A stretch of DNA of 64,000 nucleotides from NCBI RefSeq assembly GCF_009914755.1, contig NC_060931.1; one strand, 5' to 3'. Under the pieces are notes generated by a model. That model saw only the letters and a program-made list of their open reading frames with translations, was not told the DNA's origin and did not search any database. Below are positions 1 through 15,090 of this stretch, one piece after another. How positions within the stretch are numbered: position 1 is the stretch's first letter; each line of letters begins with the position of its first letter. Source of the stretch: the human T2T-CHM13v2.0 reference genome, Homo sapiens. A program made the position numbers and the translations under genes.

Positions 1-29
1 TCCTGAGTGCTAGAAAGTGTGTGCAACCA

Positions 30-1120
<1,091 letters not shown>

Positions 1121-1169
1121 AAACATTCTCCCTACTAAATAACCATGATTAATAGGTTAAAGTTTCCAG

Positions 1170-2460
1170 GGGAAAAAAGTGGACAACATAGATGAACAGT
1201 TGAGTGATTTCACAGAAAGATAAAAACTATAAGCAAGATTCAAGTAGAAATGTGTGGGGGAAATAAATCACAATAGTAATTCACAGATTTAATTCTAGGA
1301 ATCGTAGACTTTACACAGCCAGAGGAAGAATTAGGTAATCTGAAGATAGATCCATAAAAATTGCCCAAAGTGAAAATCAGTAAGAAAAGGACAAAGAAAG
1401 TGGATGAGGAGAACAAAGTATTTAAAAATGATGGGACAATATCAAATAGTCTAAAATATATGTCATTGAAGTTACAGAAGGAGAAGAGAGAATGGGCAAA
1501 AGAAATCTCTGAATGATAGCTGGAATTCTCCAAAAATAATGAAAGCATCAAATCATAGATCCAAAATTCTTAAATAACCTGAAGCAGAATAAATTTTAAA
1601 AAGCTAGCTATAACTTATCCAAAGTACCAAATAAAGGTAAAGAAGAAATTGAAGGAAGACAGTGGAAAATATATGAACATATTAAATCAGAGAAATTCTT
1701 AAAGAATACAAAATTACAGCTAGATAGAACTAGAATAAGTTCTAGTGTTCCATATTACTGTAGAATTACTATAGTTAACAATAATATATGGTTTCACATA
1801 ACTAAAAGAATATTGCATGATCCTCACAAAAAAATGATAAATGCTAGAGATGATAGATATGCCAGTTATACTCTGATAACTATATGTACTGAGACATCAC
1901 CATGTAGCCCCATGAATATGTACACTTATTTTGTCATTTTAAAAATTAAATTAATATAAAGAGGTAAAGACAAGAATTATAGCTGACTTCTTATCTGAAG
2001 CAATTAAAGCCAGATGATAAAACATATCTTCAAAGCCAGCTGGGGGGACAACTATCACCCAGAATTCTACATCTAGCAAAAATACCTGTTTAAAATGAAG
2101 ATACAATAAGGACTATTCAAAATTTTTGTAATGGGAGAATTCCTTACCAGCAGACCTGTACTTTAAGAAACATTAAAGAAAGTTCTTCTGACAGAGGAAT
2201 GTGAAACCAGACCGGAAATTTTATCTACAGAGAGATGTGAAGAACTCTGAAAATAGTAAAAATAAAGATTAATATTAAAAGCCACATTTTTCTTAATGTT
2301 AAATGACTCTAAAATGTAATTGACTACTTGAAGAAAAATTGTAGCAGTGAGATTTATAACCCATGTAAAATTTAAATGTCTGATAACAATAGCACAAAGT
2401 TTATGAGGAATTTGAATGTCTAAGTCTTCACAATATGTAAGAATTTGTATAATATTATAT
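1170..2460 (+). mobile_element. Old L1M ORF1-region fragments, with an L1MA-like 3' fragment at ~1700-1950
   Basis: A-rich degenerate ORF1-like sequence (cccagaattctacatctagcaaaaatacc) plus L1MA 3' UTR motifs. Confidence 0.55.
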
Positions 2461-4526
2461 AAAACATCTAATACTCAGTCTTTACTTGCTGCAGGGAAGA
2501 TCAATTTGGCAGGTCCAGCACTGGAATTACCATTTAGATTAGTTAGGAAACTGCGGAAGTTCAAGAAAGAAATCATCAGTACCTAGAGTATGCCAAATAA
2601 TAGTAAGAATACAGAGAGGATTCAAATTTGAGATCTACTTAATAAGGTAAAATAAGGAGGATGCGGTGACTGAGTATTGAGATGTTCTGAATGTGAGGTA
2701 GAGGGAAGAGTCTACTATGTATTATGGGTTCCTGGCTTGGGTGTCCCTAGCAGACAGTGGTGCTATCAAGTGAGTCTGAGGAGAGAGGAGGATAGGATCA
2801 TTAATATGAAAAGTTAATGAGTTTGGATTTTAACTGGGGTTTCAGGCAATTTACATGTAATGTTATTATTGATGTGTTTGGATTGAAATCTACCACTGGT
2901 TTCTTGCTTTTATTTGTTCCATCTATATTTTTCTTCCTTTTTTCCTTCTATTTCAGCCTGGATTAATTGAGCTTTTTATGATTTCATTTTGTCTCCACTA
3001 TTGGCTTATTAATTATGCCTCTTTTTCTATTTCTTTTAATGTTGTCCTAGGCTTCACAATGTACATCCTCTCTACATTCCTACAGTTATTTAACATACGT
3101 TTCTTCCTTGAACTTCTGCATAGTTTCCTAATTAAATGGTAATTCCAGTATTGGACCTAACAAATTGATCCTCACCACAGCAACTAAAGAAATCTATTTA
3201 TAATACATGTTTGGAGACATAAACATTCAACAACTCTCACAGTATAAAAAAATACATCCTCTTTTAATTGGCATGTGAGACCCAGAAGTCTGGATTCTTC
3301 TTGTTTCTGCAGACCCATTTTTGCCACTTCCTAGCTCCTATTTAGGCTTCAGCAATAACAAACAGATGCTTAATATACACAAGCCAAGTAGTTTCTCATC
3401 TCCATAACTTTGTTCATGCTGTTATATGTGCCTAGAATCAATATTCTGCATTCCTTTCTCACCTGACCAATCCTCACTGAAAAGCTCAGCTATTGCCCCA
3501 TTCTTGACTTCTTCCTTGTCCACCCGCTTTTGTGCTCCAACTGGAACCCCATTCATGTTTACAAGAAACACTCAAAGGACAATAAAGCCTGTTGTGACTC
3601 TACTTCGGCTTTTCTGAGTATTAAAATTTCCTAAGATCTTTCACAGGACAAATTTTTAAAAGCAAGAGTAATACATGGAGGTGATTAAGCCTTTAAAGTG
3701 TACCCTTTGTTCCCAAGGTCTTGTTAATTATCATTTAGGAGCAGTTTATCTGCAATGTGCTCAATTACTTAGGTAACTAAATAGCTTTTTACTGATCAGC
3801 ATTGAACATCATTTGCTTAATAGCAACTAACAAATGCGGTGGCAGAATTCCACTGATAGTCTACTTTCAGAAATAGGCTTATTTAAGATTGAGCTCCAGG
3901 GGAAAAATAGATTCTAACAGAATAGATTATTGTTATTTACATAACCACTTAGGTCTAGAGAAACAAAATAATCTTTCCGTTTTTTAAAATTAAGGAATCA
4001 GTAAGCCAAAAGAGAATATCCAAGTAACTCCCAAGTCCATTCCGTTCATTCATCCAGTCCATTTGTGCCATGAAAATCTTCATGACATTCCTATTTGATC
4101 AATCACAACTCACAGCTCTCAATGACTGCTCACATCTGACCTTCTCAGTAAGGACTTTTCTTATAGCTTAGAACAGTCATAGGATTTTTCCTCTCCAAGC
4201 TTTTGACACTTTGGATTATAGATCCCATGTGCTTGCCAATGCTTTTTTTGTTAACTGTAGAAAAATAAAAAGCAAATACAGACAGGCGAAAGACTCAGAG
4301 GGTCACATAACATTGTATGGTGAACTATACCATGTGAATGGTCAAGGAAAGCTTCTGGAGCATGGGACATATTAGCTAGGTGTTGAAAGAAAAATAGGAA
4401 TTCAATAGGCTGGAAAATGGGGGGAGGGTATTTCAAGCAGAGGGAACACCTATCTAGATGCACAAATGTATGATCAATATGGTGTTCAACATTGAAATGC
4501 CACATGGGGACCTGACAAGAGGTAGT

Positions 4527-4875
4527 TGTATTAGTTTGTTTTGTGCTGCTGTGATGGAATGCCACAGACTGTATAATTTATAAACAGAAATTTATTAGGA
4601 CACAGTTCTGGAGGCTGGGAAGTCTAAGGTCCAGGTGCCAGAAAGTTCAGTGTCTGGTTAGGTCATTCTCTTCCAAGATGGTGCCTTGCATGCTGCCTAG
4701 ATCCTCACGTGGCAGAAGGCCAAAGGGAGAAAGAGGATGAGCCCATTCACTTTTTATAATGGCATTAATCTATTCATGAGGGCTCAACCTAAATGCTTCC
4801 CATTAGGCCCCACTGTCACATTGGGAATTAAGTTTCCAACACACCAATTCTTGGGCACACATTCAAACTGTAGCA
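4527..4875 (-). mobile_element. MaLR solo LTR (MST/MLT1A-like)
   Basis: tgtattagttt...cagttctggaggctgggaagtctaagg...cattcaaactgtagca. Near-perfect 5-bp TSD gtagt/gtagg. Confidence 0.8.
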
Positions 4876-4957
4876 GTAGGCAAAGCCAAATAGTGGAAGG
4901 CTTTTATTCTAAGCTGTGGGACTCAGCTTTATTCTGTTAACAGTGAAGATGCAGAAA

Positions 4958-5260
4958 GGGCGAGATGCAGTGGCTCATACCTGTAATCCTAGCACTTTGA
5001 GAGGTTGAAGTGAGTGGATCACTTGAGCCCGGGAGTTCAAGACCAGCCTGGGCAACATAGTGAGATCCCGTCTCTATGAAAATTTTTAAAAAGTAAAAGT
5101 TAGCTAGGTGTGGTGTCACGTACTGTTCCCAACTACTCAGGAGGCTGAGGCAAGAGGATCACTTGATCCTGGGAAGTTGAGGCTGCAATAAGCCATGATC
5201 ACACCACTGCACTCCAGCCTGAGTGACAGCAATACCCTGTACCACTTCCCCACCAAAAAA
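4958..5260 (+). mobile_element. AluJ
   Basis: Dimeric Alu with J-type cttgagcccgggagttcaagaccagcctgggcaacatag. Flanked by aagatgcagaaa / aagatgcacaaa. Confidence 0.85.
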
Positions 5261-5479
5261 GATGCACAAAAGGGAGATTTATCTCCCTAGTTTTCTAAAG
5301 GAGCAAAAGCAACTTCTGTGGGTGGAATAGCCCTATAAGTAGAAGGGGCCAAAAGATAAAAAGGGCAACCAAAGAAGGGAATGAGGGGATGAGAAGAAGA
5401 CAGGGACTCATATCTGCACATTAGTCTAGGGAATAAAGAAGAAAAGACACAACATCAATCTAAAAAGAAATAAATGAAA

Positions 5480-5700
5480 ACAATAAAAGGCAGTGTTGAA
5501 GGCAGTCGAGCACTGACTTCTATAGTATGGGTTAAAGCCCAGCTTCACCTCTAACTTTCTCTGAAATCTTAAAATGTTCTAACCTTTCTTATTTTGTTCA
5601 TCTATAAAATGGAGATTTTATCTCAGTTTGTTGTGAGATTAAACAAGTTAATGATTCTAACTACTTAGAACCTTGCCAAGGATATAATAACTGCTTAATA
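5480..5700 (+). mobile_element. MIR fragment
   Basis: MIR core-like tcatctataaaatggaga...ttgttgtgagattaaa. Confidence 0.5.
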
Positions 5701-6599
5701 ACCCCTCACAATCATGTTCTGTGTTCTAGAGAAGTCAGGTTAAGGGTAGTAATTCTCTTTTAAACCATGAAGTCTACCTAGAGTTATGTAGGATGTCACC
5801 ATTGGGGGATGCTTTGCGGTAGGCACATGAAACCTTTCTGTACCATTTATTGTAACATCTTGTGAGTCTCTAATTATTTCAAAATAAAAGTTTTATTTTG
5901 TTTTGTTTTTCTTAAAGCCTTTTCAAACCACAATGGCAATTCATTCAAGCATGTTCTCAGCACTTGCTGCATGCCATACCCTGAGCTCCTTCTGTTCTAA
6001 CATTAGTAAACCTCATTTTCCAATATTCAGAAAGCAATTAACCAAATGACAGTGTGACTTTCCATTTTTACTATTGCTCTTTAGCAGAAACATAGCAATA
6101 AAAATAAACTATTGGAAATGAAATTATGAGTATCCTAGATTAATCCCCAAAGTTGCAGTTTCTTTTGTTGTTCAGCTGTTTGATTTTCTAAGAGCCTGAA
6201 CCCAGCCAAGTGCATACTCTATTTCTGAGCAGAGTTCTGCCCAGTTCTCTGTCTGACTAGAATTGCACAGAAACCACAAATCTCTCATAAAGCCTAATGG
6301 TGTTTCTCAACAGAGGCATGATTGGAATTCTGAGCTGGATAATTTAATACTAGGGTACAGCCCATGGGTAGTACAGAAAAGAGTCAATACTTGCCTTGTC
6401 TTTGTACAACCAGGATGTATGTCTGCATGACAATAATGAAGACTCAATTTCAGCCCCCATTCACCCTTCCACAACAGCAGGGGCAGGGCACCCTAGAGCA
6501 TAAATAATCTGAACAACCCTGTGTTGGGGGCCTGCTGAAGATGCTTAACATCCCTGGCCCCATCCACTAATTGTCTGCCATCAATCACAACTTGACAGT

Positions 6600-9100
6600 T
6601 ACAAGTAAATTGCCTGTGTTCTCCCCATATGCCTGCCTTTCTCATTGTGTAAAAACAGCTCTACCTCCATCTGCTAGTCACTACCAATCACTCTTGCCAA
6701 GATGGTGACTCCTCTTCTTGCCTGCTAGTCCCTAGACACAAAGAGTCCAAAGTGCCCTGGTGGCAGCCATAGCTTTTAGTTCAATGGTACCTTTGCTATG
6801 TTCCCTGGCAGAAGTACACTTCCTTTGGTGACCAGGACCTCCAAGTTGAAGAGCACAGAGGTGCAGATGAAGAAGTGCAAAGCCCGTTAGTGGGTCAATG
6901 GGAGTGATGTTAACTTAGGCCATTTCTTCCTGTACCCCTTGATTCTAAGACCTATGTATACTTCCTGTTAGGGACCCAACACCATGAAGTGGGCTCTGAT
7001 TTAACACATATGCTGCACTTTAAAGGATGGGACCCTAAACTTTCAGAGCATTACCTTTAAGTGGCACTTCATATGTTCCTTCAGTAGTTCATTCTAGGGC
7101 TCTAAAAGTACAGCTACTTCTGTCTGGTGAAGTATGTAATACAAACAGTAGGTTCTAGGATCAAGAGCTATCCTACACCCCCTTCACAATTAAGTGGGTC
7201 CCCTGATCACATACTATGTTGTGGGATTTCCATTCTTGTTTGGTAATCTAAAAGCCCCCAGATAACAGTTAGCTGTGTTGACTATGACTCAGAGATCAGG
7301 AAAGGAAAGCTTATACCCAGAATAAGTGCATCATTGGAAGGATGGACAGCTGGCTGATGCAGGACAGAGGGGAACCAATGTAGTCAACTTGCCACAAATC
7401 AACCAGTCGAATCTCCTGAAGACCTAGTAACCTATTGAGGGCTCCTTGTTGGTCTCTCTTGTTAGCAAGTTGGACATTCAAAATCAGCAGTAGCTAGATT
7501 TACCAGGATAATTGGTAGTCCATTTTATTGGCTAATGAGTAGTCTTGCTCTCTGCCACTGTGGCCACTCGATTCATGTGCCCATCATGCCAGTACTTAAT
7601 CCAAAGACAAAGCCTGGATAATGTCAACTGGACAAGTTATCTTGTCTATTTGTTTTTTCAGTGCTTCTTGTGTACTTGATGCTTTCCAATTAGTGTTAAA
7701 CGCATGACACAAAAATCTTCACACATTGTGCCCACTCCCATAGTCCCAACCACATGTCTCTGTCTCAGACTCTTGTTTCCAATCTCCAAGTCCCTTTCAT
7801 TCAGGTCCCTGTCCACACAGCTAGACTATTGGCTACTGTGCAGAAACCTATACATATATTCACACCTTAGGCCAATTTTTCTTCCACACGAATAGATAAC
7901 CATATTCATTGCTTGCAGCTTCATTCATTGGGAAGACCTTCCTTCTCCACTGTCTTCCAAGGCTACCCCATAATTCAGCTGTACTTCAGTGATCATCTAT
8001 TTTTGCTTTACAGCTACTTAAGGAACTAACCCATTGTCAGCCAGGATTGGCCTTTTACCTCCCTTTCAGCTAGTCATAGAGAACCCCCATATAGCCATAA
8101 GTGTGAGCTATGCAAGGGCACTGGTACAACCCTGGTGGGTGACATGGAGGCATCTGTGCTACTTGCTCATGCAGCCTCTTCATGCCAGTCTAGTCCCATA
8201 TGGGTTTGATCCCAGATGTGCCATTTCCATTTTCCAATAGAAGGCTGTGGGACACGTCTGAGTGTATGACTTAGTGCATTGGCAATAATCTAGCTCATAA
8301 TGGTCAGTTCCAAATACATTTGGTGCCCCATTATCAGCTGTTCCATCTTGACCAAGGCTCAGCAACATTCTAGGAAGGGTTTCTCAAAAGGTGTATAACT
8401 TTGTACTGAAAATGGATGGCATTGCTTCAGAGCCCTAGGGGCCTGCATTCTGATTCTTTCGCTTGGGCATCCATCAACTCCAAACTGTATCTTTCCCCAC
8501 TAACACATTCAGCACCATGGGGTCCACCAGATCATATGCCTCAAGTAGTAGGGTTGCTTATACTGCAGCCCATACATGCTGCAGAGCCCTTTCTTGCTTT
8601 CTTGCTCCAGGCCCACTCAAAGCTGTGAGACTTCTATGTAGTTCAGTATATGGGACCAAAAATATTCCTAGATGTGGAATGTGTTGCCTCCAAAACACAA
8701 AGAGGCCTACCAGGTATCTTGCTCTATTTATTGAGATTGAGAATGTAAGATACAGCAATTTAACTTTTACTTGAAAATGCAGTGGTGGGAGTGGTATTCT
8801 AGCAGACTTTCACTACTGAACCACTAAAAACTTTACCGATGTGGCATGTTCCTGAATTTTCACAGGGTTTGTCTCTCACCCTCCAGAGTGTATGTGTCCT
8901 ACCAATGCCTCTAATGTATTAGACACTTCTTGTTGACTCTTAATGACATCTTTGATGTAAATGGATCAATGTGATATTCTACAGAATGTTCAGATGGTCC
9001 ATGTCTCTTCAGACCTTATTATGACAGATGTTTGAAGAGGTAACATAGCCATGGGCAAAGCAGAAAACGAATATTATTGTCTGTTTCATGTGAATACAGA
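6600..9100 (-). mobile_element. ERVL-class internal region relic (RT, RNase H/IN remnants, dUTPase; HERV16/HERVL-like)
   Basis: The minus strand gives a degenerate RT core near 8950-9095 (LPxGY..., YIDD-like), LVGLFVFWRQHIPHLG...QERALQHVWAAV (ORF 8558-8758) and dUTPase-like LPPGHFGL...GVTILA near 6670-6790. Many stops and frameshifts. Confidence 0.8.
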
Positions 9101-9104
9101 CTCT

Positions 9105-11490
9105 GATTTTTTGGATGTGTCTTTGTCTGGTTTTGGTATCAGGATAATATTGGCCTCGTAGAATGAGTTTGGAAGTATTCCCTCCTCCTCTATTTTTCAG
9201 AATAGTTTGAGTAAGATGATATTAGTTCTTCATTAAATGTTTGGTATAATTCAGCAGAGAAGCCATCAGTTCCTGAACTTTTCTTTATTGGAAGACATTT
9301 TATTATAAGTTCTTGTTATTTGTTATTGGTCATAGTTCAATCTTGGTACATTGTATGCATCTAGGAATTTGTTCCTTTCTTCTGTAATTTCCAATTTATT
9401 TACAATTTATTTATTTGAGTCTTCTCTCTTCTTTATTAGTCTGGCTAAAGGTTTGTCAATTTTGCATGACATTTCAAAAATCCAACTTTTTGTTTCATTG
9501 ATATTTTGTATTGTTTTCTTCATCTCAATTTCATTTATTTCTGCTCTGATATTTATTATTTATTTTCTGCTACTAATTTTGAGTTTGTTATGCTCTTCCT
9601 TTTCTAGTTCTTTAAGATGCATCATTAAGTTGTTTATTTAAAGTTTATCTTCTTTTTCAATGAAGGTACTAATAGCCATAAACTTCCCTCTTAGTGATTT
9701 TGCTGTATCCCATAGATTTTGGTATGTTGTGTTTCTATTATCATTTGTTTCAAGAAACTTTTAAATTTTCTTCTTAATTTCTTCATTGACCCACCAGTCA
9801 TTCAGGAGCATATGGTTTGATTTCCATGTATTTGTATAGTTTCCAAAATTCCTCTTGTTATTGATTTCTAGTTTTATTCCATTATGGTCAGAGATGATGC
9901 TTCATATTATATTATTTTATTTTGTTTTAATGTTTTCAGGCTTTTTAGTGATTTAACATATAGTCTACTCTTGAGAATGACCCATGTGCTGTGGAAAATA
10001 ATGTGTATTCTACAGCTGTTGTTTGGTCTATAGCGCAGATTAACTCTCGTGTTTCTTTACCAATTTTCTGTCTGGAAGATCTGTCCAATGGTGAAATTGT
10101 GGTGTTGAAGTCTCCAGCTATTATTGTATGGGGTCTATATCTCTCTTTAGCTCTAACAATATTTAATTTATATGTCTGGGTGTTCCAGTGTTGGGTGCAT
10201 ATATATTTACAATTGTTATATTCTCTTGCTGAATTGACCCCTTTTTCACTATATAGTAACCTTCTTTATCTCTTCCTATAGTTTTTGTCTTGAAATCTAT
10301 TTTGCCTGATATAAGCATAACTAGCCCTGCTCTTTTGTGGTTTCCATTGACATGGAATATCTTTTCCCATCCCTTTATTTTCCGCCTACATATGCCTTAT
10401 GTCTTTATTGGTGAAGTGTGTTTCTTGTAAGCAACAGATCATTGAATCCCTTTTGTTTTTTCAATCCGTTCAGCCACTTGGTGACTTTTGATTGGCAAGT
10501 CTCAGAGTCTCATCCAAAGTCTTCAATGTACCTGGGTATTGCTGCTGGTTATTCTGAGCCCAGGGACTCTTTAGTTAGCAGGTGATGAATGTTGCCAGGA
10601 CTATGTCCTTCCCTTCAAGGCAGTAGTTTCCCTTCTGGCCTAGGGCATGTCTAGAAATGCCATCCAGGAGCTAGAGCTTGGAAAGGCGGCCTCTCAGAGC
10701 TGACTAGTGCCCTCTCCTGTTGTGACTGTGCTGGTATCCAAGATGTAAGACAAAATCCTTCCTACTCCTTCCTTCTCCTTCTTCTCCTTTCCTTAAGTGG
10801 AAGAAAGAGACCTCTTTTGGAGCTGTGAGAATTGCAGCCTGGGGTTAGGGGAGGGGTAGTGCCAGAACTCCCTTAGCCACCCAAGCTGGTATCTCAGTAG
10901 TCCATGTGCCTCCCCAGTGTACTGGCTCTGGGCCCAGTTCAGAACTAGAACTTGCTTGAAAGTTGCACTCCTTGTGGCCTAGACTGACTTTCAAGTGTAT
11001 TTAGAGCCCTAGAGCACTTTAGCTTGCAGTGGTAAGGCTTGTGGGAACTCAAGTTCTGACCACCAGGATTGGTGATTTCCTTTTGGCTAGAGCTAATATA
11101 AATGCTGTCTCCATGGGGTGGGGCATCAGCTGAGTTTGGCCCAGTTTTCTTTTATGCTATAATAGGACAGCACTAAGTTCAATGCCTCACAATTGCTGTG
11201 CTTTTCTCCCCTGGCACCTAGGAATGCTCTCCACACCCTGCTGCCATTGGTGGGGGATGGGAGAGGGGTGGCGTCAGAGATTTAAAACTGTTTTTTTTTT
11301 TTTTCTACTTCTTCAGTGCCTCTTTCAGCAATATGAAGTTAAAACCAAGCACTATGAGAGCTCACCTGATTTTTGGTGCTTACAAAGCTACTTTTTTTGT
11401 GTGTAGATAGTTGCTAAATTAGTGTCCTTGCTGAGGGAGGAAGAGGGAACGATCAGTGGAACCTTCTATTCTGCAACCTTGCCTGCAGCA
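9105..11490 (-). mobile_element. L1MA/L1M1-type element: ORF2 5' part (9105-10495) joined to 5' UTR (10496-11490), ORF1 deleted
   Basis: Reverse L1 EN-region sequence followed by old L1 5' UTR, ending in gatcagtggaaccttctattctgcaaccttg. Confidence 0.7.
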
Positions 11491-12267
11491 CTCTTTTGAG
11501 AAAGATTCTGGATTACGTGATAAATTAGTGATGTCTGTCATGGAGGGGTGAGGGGCAGTTTTTAGACATATAGCCTATCTTGCCATTTCTGCTATAAACA
11601 TCTGCACAGCTTGTACAATCTGTAACTATAGAATTGAGTACAGATGACCTGCCCACAAGAGGAAAAATGTCCTGATCTTGGCCTTAGTGCCTCTGTAATT
11701 CAACCAAGTATATTAATTAAATGGATAGATCATACACTTGCTGTTTCCCAAGTGTAGAGGTTGAAAGTGGAAAGGAGAAGAAAGCAAAGAAAACTGGGAG
11801 GAGGGGCACTAAGACTGGGCATAAGGAGAAACAAGAGGTCCAATTTGCAAAATAATGGGTGTAGTAAGGGGAATTTTGAAGTATTCTCCAAAGATAACGA
11901 TTTTGCTTTTCTCAATTTTGTCCTCTTGATTCTCACACAGTGCTTTCTTTAGTACAGACCTACATACCCCGAAAACTTCTGTTCTGTGACTTAAAAAGTC
12001 AACTCTATGATTAGCATGATTCCTCTTCAGTCATTACTGAAATTCTTCCTAGGTGGTTACATTTAAGTGGTAAGAAGCTTCAGTAATATAAGTCAAAGAA
12101 CTCCTACCTTGCTTTGCATTTCCTCAGTGGCCATCTGATAAAGCAGGAAGGAAAAAAATTAAAAATGAACCTCCCCAGGATTTCATTTCTATTGTGGCTT
12201 AGCTGCAAATTTGAAAAATAAAAATAAAAATAAACCCTGAATGTAAGCACTTGTACGTTTTTGTTAG

Positions 12268-12371
12268 ATTCTTTCACAGGACTGGTCAACATCTTGACAG
12301 ATATTAATTGGCGATTCACTGGAGACTTCACGGCACCTGACCTGGTTTGCCGAGTGGTCCGCTATTTGCAG
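12268..12371 (+). CDS. NPSR1: NPSR1 coding exon 3 (104 bp; TM2-ECL1-TM3)
   Basis: Acceptor ttgttag|AT, donor CAG|gtatgt. Phase-1 entry gives (D)SFTGLVNILTDINWRFTGDFTAPDLVCRVVRYLQ, recognised as NPSR1 aa 94-128. Codon 107 is AAT (Asn) at 12306-12308. Confidence 0.97.
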
Positions 12372-13569
12372 GTATGTCACACCTTCCAAATGTGATGAGA
12401 CAAACTGATACCAGAGTTAGCTTTTAGATTTATCTAAGGAAAATCATATAAAACCTTGCATTCCTATGCATCAAACTGCCCGCTTTCTCCTGGGTAGAAG
12501 GGCAATGAAAATTTGATTTTTAATGTATTTCCTTTGCTAAAAATAGTATCTATATAAAGAAAACACAAACGAGCCACAAATGAGCAATGCTAAGGACATA
12601 AAGCATTCATATTTCAAATGTTAAATAAAATGTCTGGGTCAATATTAAGGATTTTGGCATATTGTGGATAATCTCCAAAAAGTTTGTTAATTATATTTAC
12701 CTTTCACTTCTCAAATGAACTCAACGCTGGCTACTGCTCTTTTTTGTAAACCAAGGGGAATTTGTTGGAACATAACCATTAACTATTGAATTACTGCCTA
12801 AATTATACTTTTTAAAGTATCTATTGGCATTTGAATTTCTTCCTCTCAAATTTCCTATTTTCCTTTTTGAATGATTTTATAACTGAGAGACTTTTTAGTT
12901 TTTCTAAGATCTATTTTTAGATTAAAGATATTGATGCTTCAAATGTCAATCTGCTTCATTGTAAGCCATATTTATGTATCATATGTATATTTGATTTAAA
13001 ATATTACATATATACATATTTACATATATACATACTTGTTAATATGCATTAGATGTTTATAATATAGATTTAGACACTTCAACTAAGTCTGGAAGGAATG
13101 GATTATTTCATAACTGGTATTAGGTTTGATGTGCTGTTTCTGAGTTCTTAAGATTATTTTTTATTAATATATTTTTATTCTGATGCTAGTACTTCAGGTC
13201 TAAATTATTATAGCTTTATGTATATATAATGCATTTCTAGAAAGCTTTATCCTGCTAGATTCCATTTGTTAGTAGACTCTTTTAGGATCTTTGTATATAT
13301 ATTCATAAGTAAAATTTTAATTTTTTTCATTGGTTTTATTATTTTCAGGTCATGGTAATGAAGTTATTCCATATTCAGAAAATGAATATGGAATAGTTAC
13401 AATCTTCTTTTGTGCTCTGAATATAACCTTGAAAGTTTGGTATGTCTGAAAGAGCCTTTTCTATTATGTACGGCTAGTATTTTCTCAGGGGAAATTTTTA
13501 AAAACATATTTCAATTTCTTTCTGAGGATATTTGCTTCCTTGTAAATAAATGCTTTCAATTGCTTATTA

Positions 13570-14082
13570 TATTAGCAATCAATTGCTGATACACAAATTA
13601 TGACAAAACATGGTGGCTTAAAACAATAAACATTTATTATCTCACAGTTTCTATTAGTCAAGAATTCAGGAACAGCTTGGCTAGGCAGATCTGGATAAAG
13701 GCTTATCAAAAGGTTCGGTCAGATGCTTTGTGGTACTGTAGTCATCAGAACGCTTGGCTGGGACTGGACAAGATGGATCACTCACATAGGTGGTAAATTA
13801 GTACTGGCTTTAGTGGAATACTCAGTTCTCCACATGGGCCTCTCTATAGGTACATTTTAGTGTCCTCACAACATAGTAGCTGGCTTTTCCAAGAATAACC
13901 TATTCAAGTGACTGAGGTGGAAGTGGCAACATATTTATGAACTAGTCTCAAAGGTCATACACCATCACTTTCATATGATTATTTTGGTTGTACAAATCAA
14001 CTTGGATTCAGTATGGGAAAAGAAGAACCACAAAACTAGGAAGTAAGGATTATTTTCGACATGTTGGAGGTTGGCAACCACA
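13570..14082 (-). mobile_element. Old MLT1-family LTR
   Basis: gtggcttaaaacaataaacatttattatctcacagtttct...cagttctccacatgggcctctct...ggcaaccaca. Confidence 0.7.
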
Positions 14083-14239
14083 CTATCTTCATATTTTTCC
14101 AAAGCATTTGATAACCTATGGTTTCTCCCAATTGTTAACTTTAAAATGTCTTCTTGATTTAGAAATATTCATGTCAGTAAAATTTTTTCTAACTGTATCT
14201 ACAATAAATGTTAAGACTATATATAAAATATATCTTTTG

Positions 14240-15090
14240 ACATAGGGAAAACGATAGAGAAAGAAATTCTGATAATTCTCTCTTCTATAAAGGAAGCAAG
14301 AAAATTGGCAAAAAATATCAGAATCAAATTTGTAAAACTCTGGAAATTAACCAAACACTTGCAATTACTCAGGGAGCATTTATTCAGGAAAATGGCTGAA
14401 TCTCAGTGAGAAAAATGAGCTTTGCGGTGCTTTGGCTTGCATTATTCTCAGCCCCCAGTATCCAACTCTGTAACAGCCTTAAAAAGTAATAGCTCTCATT
14501 CATAGTGAAAACAAATTGTCTGGCAGCCACTGTAGAAAGCAAAACAGGGACAGAGCCCTTTCAAATTCCCAAGAAATTGCCATTATTTGACATGTCTGGC
14601 AGTTCTCTGGAAGACTCCACTTGCAAGGCTGTCTTTATTTTACTTAAATCAGAACTCACCCACTGTGAAAAACGTTTCTCCTCTGGGCATTCGTCAAAAC
14701 AGTTACAGGCAATTGATTAACTTTGCTTATGACAAAGGTATTGGATAATAGTCAGGGAAAACAACAGACTAACCAAAGCTTAAGAACATACGCTGAGTAA
14801 TGAGATATCCATAGGGGATTTGAAAATCTCTGACATACTCCCAAAAATCTAGAAGACCAGGTATATGCCCAGGACTATGCTCATCCTAAGGAAAAAATAG
14901 AGAAGGCACTGAGCTGTAACCTGTGAATGATCTTGAGGCTTTGTGCAAGCAGGAAGTGAGGGCAAAGACAGAATTGTAAGTTGCCTGGCTAAGTGTCAAA
15001 ATCATGCTCCAACATTCACACAGACTTCCTCTGCAATGAATGGGGGAATTAATAGTTTCTAGAATGTAAGAAAATCTCTGTTTAGGACCT
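14240..15090 (+). mobile_element. Old L1 (L1MD-like) 5' region, probable outermost host of the intron-3 cluster
   Basis: L1M 5'-type sequence. A compatible ORF1-end, ORF2 and L1MD-like 3' end resume at 31320-33213 and 38449-41500. Confidence 0.45.
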
